From Candidatus Heimdallarchaeota archaeon (GTDB taxonomy: Archaea > Asgardarchaeota > Heimdallarchaeia > Hodarchaeales > Hodarchaeaceae), in NCBI GenBank assembly GCA_011364965.1, contig RDOB01000006.1:1-64000 (forward strand): DNA of 64,000 bases. The letters run 5' to 3'. This document shows, in pieces, positions 41,003-51,600 of this stretch; position 1 is the stretch's first letter, and each line of letters begins with the position of its first letter. Both the position numbers and the translations under genes were made by a program. Under the pieces are notes generated by a model that ran no database searches, was not told the DNA's origin, and saw only the letters and a program-made list of their open reading frames with translations.

Positions 41003-41689
41003 TTAATCTCCCTTCCATTTAAAGATTGAACGATTCATTCTATGCTTTATGGTATAGAGATGCGTTTTAAAAGGAGATTTTTTTCCCCCTATTGTCGTTT
41101 CATGGTTTTTAAGCGCTTTACGGAAATCTTCAGAGGTTGATCCCTCAAATGATAACCAAGCTCTTCCTAATTCTAATGAAAAATGAGCATCTGACCCAGC
41201 AGTCTGAATGAGGTTAAATTTGTCTGCAAATTGCTCTGCGCGCTTATTTGCAAAAGGTATAATACATCGGGAGTTCAATACTTCTATAGCATCGATCGCT
41301 TCAACATGGTTGGAATGTAATTGAAAGGATTTTCCTCGAATTTTGTCAAAAGGATGAGGAATAAGTACTAATCCGTCATGAGTTCTAATATAATCAATTA
41401 AATCCATAAATCTGTTTGTTGGTGGCATTTCATCAAGCCATACCCCTATTACTTCTCCTAGATCAGTAAGGATTTCTATGCCTGGAATAAGAAGAAGATT
41501 ATCTTCAGATGAGAGAAGCGATTTCATGGCATCCACACCCCTAAGTGTGTCATGATCACAAATCATAAAACCCTGAATTCCCCTCTCCTTACTGATTTTG
41601 ATGATATGTCTTGGGTCTAAATTTGAACACTTAGAATATTTCGTGTGTACATGAAAATCGATCCTACTCAATAAAATTCCACACTTCAA
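41003..41689 (-). CDS. PHP-family metal-dependent phosphoesterase
   Basis: DFHVHT, CDHD, PGIEI, PHPF, GSDAH. Confidence 0.92.
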   Translation of the reverse strand: MKCGILLSRIDFHVHTKYSKCSNLDPRHIIKISKERGIQGFMICDHDTLRGVDAMKSLLSSEDNLLLIPGIEILTDLGEVIGVWLDEMPPTNRFMDLIDYIRTHDGLVLIPHPFDKIRGKSFQLHSNHVEAIDAIEVLNSRCIIPFANKRAEQFADKFNLIQTAGSDAHFSLELGRAWLSFEGSTSEDFRKALKNHETTIGGKKSPFKTHLYTIKHRMNRSIFKWKGD

Positions 41690-42651
41690 ACTATAAAAAA
41701 ACTACTGAAGAATATAACAGCTGTTGATAGCCATAAAGACCAACGACTATATTTTCTGCCTTTGATAGCGTTTTCTTTTGAGGGGTCTTTGAGAATAGTA
41801 AACGTTGTTAAAAGAATTAGTAGAACTAGGACTGAATAACCACCTAAGAAGAATAAATTGCTTTTATAAACCAAAAATAGCATTAAAAATCCATTGAGAA
41901 TACTTATGAAATAAATAATAGCAGAAATCCTTGCAGCCCATTGAGGACCATAAATATTCGCCACAGTCTTGATTTTATTTGCCAAATCTCCCTCAATATC
42001 CATTAAATCTTTTAAGACTTCTCTTCCTAGTGCTAAGAAGAAAATGAAGGAACATAGAACAATAATATTTAAAAATACCCATGAATCAGTAATACCAACA
42101 AGTAATGCACCCATCAGAAATGGCATAAAATATCCTAAACTGACCCATATATTTCCAAGTATTCCGAATTGTTTTATACCAAAATTATAACCAGCCCCAA
42201 GAGCTATAAAGAATAATACTGCAAAGATAAGAGGAAAGGGAATATCATAAAAAAAGACCATTATTAATGTCATAATGAAAGCTAGAACATAATTTCCCAA
42301 GACAATTAATTTCGCTGAGGATTTTGATAAAGTTCCTCTGACAAGAGGTCTGTCCATTCTATTGTTAATCACATCACTCTCATAATCAAAAATATCGTTA
42401 ATGACATGATTACCTCCTATAAGCAAAAAGGGGATGACTAATCCTAAAAAAATCCCCTCAGGTGGCAGTAATTCATTTAGGAACGTAAATTCAATAATAT
42501 TTTGAGGGGTTTTATTTAAAACTATTGCATTTAGCCGATGGCACAAGTAACCAGCAATTAGGACAACTAAACTAGCTAGAAGACATAAGCTAAGACGATA
42601 GAGGTCTGAAATATCTTTTAGGTTCATTGAATGGTTCCCACTTTTATCCAA
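41686..42651 (-). CDS. UbiA-family prenyltransferase, DGGGP synthase-like
   Basis: NDIFDYESDVIN..DRPLVRG, GN..V, REVLKDLMDIEGD motifs; multi-TM. Confidence 0.85.
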   Translation of the reverse strand: MDKSGNHSMNLKDISDLYRLSLCLLASLVVLIAGYLCHRLNAIVLNKTPQNIIEFTFLNELLPPEGIFLGLVIPFLLIGGNHVINDIFDYESDVINNRMDRPLVRGTLSKSSAKLIVLGNYVLAFIMTLIMVFFYDIPFPLIFAVLFFIALGAGYNFGIKQFGILGNIWVSLGYFMPFLMGALLVGITDSWVFLNIIVLCSFIFFLALGREVLKDLMDIEGDLANKIKTVANIYGPQWAARISAIIYFISILNGFLMLFLVYKSNLFFLGGYSVLVLLILLTTFTILKDPSKENAIKGRKYSRWSLWLSTAVIFFSSFFIV

Positions 42652-42894
42652 TAGACATTTCTACGAAATCTTCAAAGCAATAAAATACCTTTTTTATTGT
42701 CATTAATATATGTGATTATACGAGTACAGCTGGATTTAACTAAGAAAGATCTTTATCTTTTTTCTCTTACCGAATAGGTGTTGATAACAGAATAAAGAGA
42801 AAATCCGATGATTTAGCTTCAAGTAAAATAATAGTATTTGGTTATAATATTCGTTAAACTGAATAAAAAAGAGGTTGATAGGAGAAGTGACCCC

Positions 42895-45663
42895 CTAACT
42901 TGGAGGTTTCTTCCGTCCTATAATCTTCTTCTTATCACCAGTTCCACCAGAACCTCTTCCACTGAATCGATCCTTAAATTTATCGACAACAGTGTCTAAA
43001 GCTCCAGTTTTCTTTCCAGCATAGAGAATTGCTGCTCCCCCACCAACAGCTCCGCCAATAACAAGCGCGGGTCCTACAAAGCCCCAAGGATTAAAAGCTT
43101 TAGTAGTGGTTGTCGAACTCCCAGTTATAGCAGTTTGTCGCGTAATAAGCAGCTCCTCAGGTCCAATTGTCACATTAAGTTCATAATCTGTTGTCAAACC
43201 TTGGTTCATATATACACGGAAAAAAATATTTGTTGTATTATAGACTGTATAATAAGACGAGTTCATGGGGAATGGGCCAACTTCTTCCGTGTTTCCTAAG
43301 GTGAGATCGCTCGTGTCGAAGATTGTGCCAGTCCCTGCTAATAGCTGAAGATCTAGGTTTTGTCCTTGAGGGAATGAAAGTCTTATTAATATCGCTGATC
43401 CTGCTGGTACATTTACAACATAAAAATCATCATCTTTGACTCGCATACGTAAGCCTGATTCCATACGTGAGATCGCTTGGCCTGGGATAGGATTGATATT
43501 GAATTGAGAAGCCTCTCCAAGAAAATCATTGTCTTCCCATGGATCATCAGTTTCAATAATATCAATGGTGAGATTGTAAGCGTTTGCTTCACCGAAAATA
43601 ATCAGATTGATGTAATATCTTCCAGTGATATCAGCAGTAAATGTTATAGACTCGTTAAATGAGGTAATATTTCGCTCCGCTAGCGATTCATCAGGATAAA
43701 ATAGCGAAAGATCAATATCATTTAACTCTCCATCGGTTTCTTGGGCAAAGTATGATAAATTAACCGAAATAACATCCGTTTCTATCAAATACACATAGTA
43801 CCAATCATCACTACCATCTCGCAATATAAGGTCATCGTGATGTCCTTCTCCAATTGGTTTTGCTTCAACGGGGAAGTTGTTGGATTCATAATCGTCATCA
43901 AATGCATCTATAGCAACTGTTAAATTATAATCCACCCCAACACCATTATAAGACGCGCCTACGATTACAAAAAGGTAAACATCTGCTTTTCTTACAAGGT
44001 GAGTTACCTCTTCAAAATCACCAGTGATTCCCAATGATAAATCCAAAGTTGTCCCTTCTTGTGTATAAAGGCCGAGATTTAAGTCTGCTAATGCGTCATC
44101 AAAATCGATACGAATCGTAATGTTATCTCCTGATAATAGAGGGATAGCAAACCAATCTTGATCACCTTTTAAGCTATATAATCCTGCGAAAGGATCAGCT
44201 AAAGTAGGTGCATAAGTTCTGGACGTGGGTGAGAGAAGATATGCAGTATTAGGGCCATTATTATCTTCAGCCCAGTCATCTGCATCTAGTAATCTTATCG
44301 AAAGATTATAATAGCGTGGTTCAGGGTTGTCACTAGTAATATTCAAGTAATAAACACTTGTAGATTGCGCTCGATGCGGGCCAACTCGTCCTGCGCTTTT
44401 ATCAGGGCCTATGGGAATGGGTTTATCTTCTGCAATAAAGGATTGGATGGAATAATTCTCATAGACTTTCAATGTTAGATCTCCTATAAAGGAGAACCAA
44501 TAAATTTCCACAAGTAACCGTTGTTGAGCTGTTATTGAGAGGTTATAACTATCACTGTCATCTCGAGAGATTACTCTTGTTTGAGTTCCTAATGCGAGTA
44601 TTCTGTCATCAATGGTTGAATTTTCTCCATTATTTACCTCTATTTGATCTTCCATATCGATATATAGATTGTAGGTTTTTGTATGTTGCCCGCCATGATT
44701 AGTTCCATCAATATAGAGATAGAACCATCCACTATTGCCCATTGTAAATTTACATACTTCTGTTGTTGGTGAACCATCTCCACCGTCAATAAAGTCATAT
44801 TCTTTAGCTGAAAGATCATGATTGTAGAGAATAATATCAGGCCCTGCTTGACTCGGAACCCCGTTGGCACCAAATGCCGAAATAGTGATATTCATCCATG
44901 TATCTGCATAAAGAAAGATAGAATAGATATCAATGTTTCCGTACTCAGTGTAGGTATCACCTGATAGACGCATATTTTCATAAGTACCTGGAACAATTTC
45001 ATCATCGTAAATATTTATGTAAGATTGTTTATCATTGCTCTGTAAGCGTTCATATTTGTCCTCGTAAATAATAGACATATTATATGTCGTTGAATAAGGA
45101 ACTGTGGAATAGATCCCACTAAAAATCGGATTAACAACAGAGACATTGATAATAATATCTATAGATTCAGTAGTAAGGATTGGACCAACTAGTTCTTCTG
45201 ACCCTCCTGCTCGACTTTCTTCAATAAGAGTACCATCTGGATAGAGAAGTTGTAAATTGATAGCAGCAGTGAATTTGGAGTCTTCTGGTTGAAGAGGGAC
45301 AATTAATTGACGACTTGTTTCATTCCACGCGTTCGATTCATTCAACTCTATATAAACCTGAAAATAAAACCCTGGTGCAACTCTAAAGCTATAGTAATCG
45401 GGGTGGAGTGTACTAACGTTGAGTGGAGTAGCTGGGTTGTTGGTTAATGATTCGTTGATTGTAAATATCCAAGGTGTATTGAAATTATCGTTACTTGTCA
45501 CCGCACCTTCCCATACACTATCCCAATATGTTAGGGGAGATGCGGAACTTGTTTGAGGTGTTATCAACGTGGAGTTGAAGAGAAGCTGTATGAAGAAGAA
45601 AAAAACTATAAGTTGTGCTAATGACTTTCTAGTATGTAATTTATTAGATTTCATGGTCATCAC
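42895..45663 (-). CDS. Membrane-anchored surface protein with tandem PPC-like beta-sandwich repeats
   Basis: Signal peptide; repeats of DD.+E.N+....A / D.D++ / DL.L.+Y / E.+ / Y.L.+; Thr-rich linker, Gly-rich C-terminal TM and basic tail; GAGGTG SD. Confidence 0.8.
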   Translation of the reverse strand: MMTMKSNKLHTRKSLAQLIVFFFFIQLLFNSTLITPQTSSASPLTYWDSVWEGAVTSNDNFNTPWIFTINESLTNNPATPLNVSTLHPDYYSFRVAPGFYFQVYIELNESNAWNETSRQLIVPLQPEDSKFTAAINLQLLYPDGTLIEESRAGGSEELVGPILTTESIDIIINVSVVNPIFSGIYSTVPYSTTYNMSIIYEDKYERLQSNDKQSYINIYDDEIVPGTYENMRLSGDTYTEYGNIDIYSIFLYADTWMNITISAFGANGVPSQAGPDIILYNHDLSAKEYDFIDGGDGSPTTEVCKFTMGNSGWFYLYIDGTNHGGQHTKTYNLYIDMEDQIEVNNGENSTIDDRILALGTQTRVISRDDSDSYNLSITAQQRLLVEIYWFSFIGDLTLKVYENYSIQSFIAEDKPIPIGPDKSAGRVGPHRAQSTSVYYLNITSDNPEPRYYNLSIRLLDADDWAEDNNGPNTAYLLSPTSRTYAPTLADPFAGLYSLKGDQDWFAIPLLSGDNITIRIDFDDALADLNLGLYTQEGTTLDLSLGITGDFEEVTHLVRKADVYLFVIVGASYNGVGVDYNLTVAIDAFDDDYESNNFPVEAKPIGEGHHDDLILRDGSDDWYYVYLIETDVISVNLSYFAQETDGELNDIDLSLFYPDESLAERNITSFNESITFTADITGRYYINLIIFGEANAYNLTIDIIETDDPWEDNDFLGEASQFNINPIPGQAISRMESGLRMRVKDDDFYVVNVPAGSAILIRLSFPQGQNLDLQLLAGTGTIFDTSDLTLGNTEEVGPFPMNSSYYTVYNTTNIFFRVYMNQGLTTDYELNVTIGPEELLITRQTAITGSSTTTTKAFNPWGFVGPALVIGGAVGGGAAILYAGKKTGALDTVVDKFKDRFSGRGSGGTGDKKKIIGRKKPPS

Positions 45664-45672
45664 CTCTTCTTC

Positions 45673-48600
45673 CTATCCTGTCCCTCCATCTGGTCCAGTA
45701 TCTTGTAAGAAAGATCTCTCTATAGTTCCATGTAGAATATATATCATTCCATCGATTGTACCTACTGCAATGTCATCGACACCATCATTATTAAAATCAG
45801 CAATGACTGCAGAGAGAACAAGATGCTTTGGAATGAATGCAGCCCAGACCACTTGGGTAGGTTCTCTCTCTGTTCCACTTAAAGCAATAACATTGTCAAT
45901 ATTGAAGGAGATGATGTCCAATTGTCCATCATCATTGAGATCCGCAGTTAAATATCTTGGTAGATAGAAAATGGAACGATCTTCAAATGTCCATAAAACA
46001 CTCAGATCTCCATCTAAGCAGTACGTTCCATTCGCAAAGGATCGTATTGCTATCTCATGTAGTTGATCGGAGGGATCAAAGTTACCTGTTGCCATATGTG
46101 ACAGACGGAATGGAATATTCAAGTGGATTTTCTTATCTTCAAATATGGAACCAAAACTTGAATAATCGAGGCTGTCATAGATGATCACAGTTCCATTACG
46201 TACAATTACTGCTAGTTGAGGGTGTAGATTTGTAGTAAAGATACCCACTCTAAAATCATGCACTTTTATAAGGATACCATTGACTGGGTTACCATTATTA
46301 CCATTTAATATCCAGATTGAGTGCTCATAGATTTCAACCGCGAAGTCGAGAATTCCATTAGCGTCGTTCAAGAAATCAGCAACCTCAAATCTGGTGAATG
46401 GGCCAAAAGGTTGGATAAATTGCCATATTACTTTCCCATGTCCTAAAACTGGATCCCTAGTAGTATTATACAACATAATTCTACCAAAGATGCTACTGAA
46501 ACGATAACCCATACTTACAGCAAGCTCTTTCTCTGAGTCATGATTATAATCAACAAACTGCATTTGGTTAGCAATAATCAAACCCATGAAGTGCTGCCAA
46601 GAAGGTCTTCCAGTTTGACCGTTGATCATAACAAGCATACCTGAACGTAATGCAGCTGCAACATCTGAGTACCCATCATTATCTACATCGTCAATAGCGA
46701 CTTTCTGAATTGGTGAGCTGGTACGATATTTCCAGATGACTTCACCAGTCAAACCATCTAATGTTATTAAATAGCGACTTTTATCCGCAAAAATAACGTC
46801 TTCAATGTCATCATTATTGAAATCACCAGTGTCAATAGCATAAACAGGACCCCGAGTTTGATATGAAATACTTCCTTCAGGTATGGAGAGGTCAAGGGCG
46901 ATCGTTGGTTCATGATGGACAAAAGTCCAAGTACTTAAGGTGCAGGAGGTATTTAGAATGGCCACTTCCCCATAAGGACCGAAATTACCTGCTGCTACAG
47001 ATATTCCTGTTCCATGAAGCTGCATATATCCCAAGGGGGTCCCATAAGTGCCATCTAATGCAAAAATCGCTCCAGTATGGGGATTGTCAAGGGTATATTC
47101 TGTCAAAAGCAGAAGATCATCATCTTCAGAATCATGATCCAAATCACCCATTTTGATTTCTGTTGCATAGGTATCCCATAGGTTGTACTCCCAGAGGTAA
47201 ATTTCGGGATTAATTCCTGATAAAGCCACTAGTTTTGTCTCAACTTTCTCAGGATTCTTCCAGTAACTGAAGCTATCCATAACAAACCGACTATTCCATG
47301 TTGTATCTCCAGTTCCTGTTACATGAACACGATAGATTCTACCATAAGGATCATTCAATTCAACATATTGAACGGGACGATTCGGTATAAACGAAGTAGT
47401 ATCTATTAGATTTCCATCAATATCGTACGCTTCCCAGACGAAAAATCCAGAATAGGAACCAGTTGAGAAATATGCTGATACTGTGGTAGCAAAGTCGTCT
47501 ATAGTTATATAATTGTCTAATTCACGGGTGAAAATTGTTATATCCCCTGAATGAGGTGTATATATGGATGAACTTCCTGAATCCCAAGCAGTCCATCCTA
47601 AGTAGGTGCCAATATTAATTGGATCAGTGTTCGAGAAATTAATGCCTTGGTCAATATATGATTCTCCAACACGAGTGAGGGATACTTGATCTTCAAAAGT
47701 TAAAGTAACGTTATAATGCAGTTGTATTAATAGATCGTCATAGCTGTCTCCATTAAAGTCATATTTAATCGTTTCCTTAGCATTTCCAGTACTACCATCA
47801 AAAGAGGTATTGAATAACGCTTCAGTCATATTAGATGTACCATCATAAACATACATAACTCCAGATTCGAATATGATTATATCTTCTATGGAATCTTCAG
47901 TTATATCTAGCATTGTTGCTGTAAGACCATAGATTGAGCTATTTCGCAGGAATGTGTAGATTACTGTTCCATTATAATCGATTATAGCAACCGTTCCATT
48001 TCCAGAATCAGGATCAACCCCAGAAACAATTACTCTATCTTCCGTAGTCGAAATATGTGTAACATGTGTTGTAGGATCTGGATCCATGTGATCTGGGAAT
48101 GTATAGAACCATTCGGGTCTAGCATCATTGTTTCCATCATAGTTTCCATCTACTCCACTAACAAAGAAAATGCTATCCCCAATCCCTGTGAGAACATCTG
48201 GGATAGTATCATTATCAATGTCTTCGAACATCATTTCTGCATATTGCGTAGCATCTATTGCGAAGAAGAATACGTCATCGGGCCACCGTTCTATACCTGT
48301 TGTTCCTTCTAAAGCAATCATATAGAGGTTATCTGCTGTGATGTCATGTATAAGTGCAATAACTTCCTTTACACCGTCACCAGTAAGGTCTATAGTACGT
48401 AAATTAAGGACTATCGAGTTTTTAGAAGAAATACTTGTACTAGATAGGTTATACTCCCATATTAGTGATCCAGTTGCACCATTAACCGCACGAATCAGCG
48501 GAAAACCATTGTAACCTATACCGTCAGGATCCATCATGGCAAATACAATGTCATCCACACCATCAAGTGTAATATCCGTTGTGTCTGCAAGATGATCAGG

Positions 48601-51600
48601 TTGAATCGGTGCACTAGAAAACTCTCCTTGCTCATAATTCGTCCAGACTGGATCCCAATCGAAATAGAGGTAATCGGTTGCTGAAGGTTCCGTGAAAATT
48701 CCTTCAAACGCATAAACGTTTCCCTCAATACATGATACAACAAGTTCGTCCATTCCATTTCCATTGACATCATGGAGCTCAATATCAGTTGTTTCAGTAG
48801 CCAAGCCATCGCTATGCCAAGGTTGATAATAGAAAAGAACCTCTTCTTCGCCACCTGTGCGAGCTACTTCAACAAGGAATGCTTGATTTCCAGAAGCGAT
48901 AGCAATTTCACGTCTTCCATCTTTATCAGTGTCTCCTGTGTCAATGGCTCTGGCTTCTTTGAAATCAAATAGGCTGAAATTGGAACTGGGGTTCATACCA
49001 AAGAAGATATTATTATAAAATCCCCGATCAGGAGTCTGTCGGTCGCGATGGAAATCTTCTCCCCTGAAACCAACAGCTGCTGCTAAACCATACGAACCAG
49101 TGTTCTGATCATTTTCTGGATTATCAGTTCCTGTTGCATCCTCGCCATATGCAACGATTGATCCGCCATAGCTAGAGAGTTGTGTATCTTCTGTAACGAT
49201 GGGGGTATTATAGTTGATAGTAGGGGTGCTAACAGTCGTGGTATAGTAAATAGCGCTACCACCGCCACCTAGAGTTAAATTGACTAAAGTTCCGACTGGA
49301 ATAGTGTCTCCTTCGGTAGTGATATAGCTTACTTCTCCACCTCCAGTAGTAATACTTCCTCCAATATTTTCAACTAATCCAGAGTGGGCTGTTATGTCAC
49401 CCGAATTGAGTGTCATTGTGCTATCAGGAGGACTAACTGATTCAGCATACCCGACGCCTACAGTCAGTGTTGATGTAGTAGTCTGGGTAAGACTAATTTT
49501 AGCTAATGAGAAAAGATGATATTGTGCCATAAAGGAATAAACGAAACCACCTTCCCAGTGTGCCGAAATAGCTGGTCCAACAGAAATCAAAGACTTAACT
49601 AGGATAAAGGGATAGTCTTTCAATACTAATAGACTGAATCCATACAGTGGGAAAGAGATGTACTCTGCAAAAGGTGGAGTAGTTGTAACTGGTTCAGGAT
49701 CACGCCATGTGGCTCCATCGTCTTTACTATAAGTAATTTGAAGGGCACCAGAAGGAGCATAGCCATCCGCTTCGAAAATAATCATCAAAGTATGGTCAGG
49801 TGTTACCGTTTGGGTAATTGAGGGGTATAATTCGTCGATTGCATCCACAGTTGCACGGGAATAGGGAAAAGCTCCATCCCACATTGGTGTGGAGTTTGAT
49901 TTGGCAATCCAAAGATCATAATCAACTTTAGCTTCTTTAAAGCTCATACCAGTAAAAACTAGTACGACATCTCCACTAACTGATCTGATCGCGTCATGCG
50001 AGATTGCTTTATACCCGAGTTTGTTCCAAGTTTGATTATTCTCAAATGCACTATTACCAATATTTGGAATTCTAGCCTCTGGTCTAAGATTTGGAGCAGA
50101 AAAATCACCTTTCCAGTAAATTCCTCCATTTGAGGAGTTCATATAGGAAATAGCCACCCGCTGAGCAGTGTTGTTATTGTACTCCCAAACACTTGGATTA
50201 TAAACATAATTTCCATGGAAATCTTGAACTGCTAGATTACCACTTCCCGTACCAATACCCACCGCGTTTTCCCATGTGAGGCTACTTGGATTTAATTGCA
50301 GGAGCCAGATTCCTTCATATGTAAAAACATTAAAAGTCATCTTTGCACTAAATGCAATCCAAACACGACCGTCCTTTGCTTGGAAAAGGGAGGGATGAAT
50401 CTCATAATTGGAATAGGTCCACGACCAGGTTCCTGCGCCCGCAGTCACAATCTCCACTCCAAGAGTGACAATAGGTCCCCGCTGAGTCCATGTGTCACCA
50501 TAATCTGCGCTCGTAGCCCAATAAAGTCGATTTCCACCCTTGAATACCTGTATCCAATTACCATAATATAGAGTTGTGCTTACATTGCGTTGTAGTTCAA
50601 TCATATCAGTATTCCGTAATGCAAGCTGAACTTTTGTCTCTAAGTCAAACATTGCTTTAAGCTTGATAGTGGGGAAGTTGACATAGCTAGTTAAAATAGA
50701 TCGTTCTACATAATTGTTATTCCGCTCTGTTTCAGTTCCATTGTTTTCATAAATAACGATTCCTTTGAAAGTTCCGACAATTATCTCCTTATACTTGTCC
50801 ATGTCTTGATTATCGACAGTAAGGTCGTATACTGGGTTTTCGTCCATTAAATGATTAGGAGCCCACCATGTGTAAGCATATGTACCAATTTGATTTTCTA
50901 GGATGGCTACAAATCCGTTATATGTTCCCCACCAAGTCTTATTTAGTCCACCTATGATAATCTCGTTAAGAGTATCATTATCTGTATCAGAAACTACAAT
51001 AGATTCAATTGATAAAGCTCTAACTGCGGGGGAAACAAGAGGATTGCCAGGAGTGAAGTAACGACCTCTAGCGGGGAAAGGATTCTTTAAAAAATTCTCA
51101 TAATAATTATTTGAGCCGCTAGATTCAAATACAAAAAGAAAGCTACCCGCGGCAACAACAAATTCACCGAAACCGTTGTAATCCATATCCCCTGCATATG
51201 CAGCCGCTGTAAATTTATCGATTCCAAGATCTGCAAAAAGTGGAGCCCAAGCGGATTGTCGGAGGTCAGCTTGCCAAATAAGTGTGTATTCATCATCGAT
51301 AGACACAAATCCATCATTATTTTGCTCCCAGATAAATATAGAGAGACCTGCAGTTGCAACCATCTCTAAGAAGCCATCATTATCCATATCTAATCCAACG
51401 ACAATCTCTTCTACATCATCCCAAATAGTACGGTAGAATGTACCTGACACACCTTCTAGTTCTTCGTAAGCATATGGAGAGGTCAAGGAAAGTTCTTTAT
51501 GGGTTAGATCTTGTGATCGATAAGCACGCTTGTAAGTATTATTTGTTAGATGTTCAAAAACGTACAGGTTCTGGTCGTACGAACCGACAATTACTTCTTG

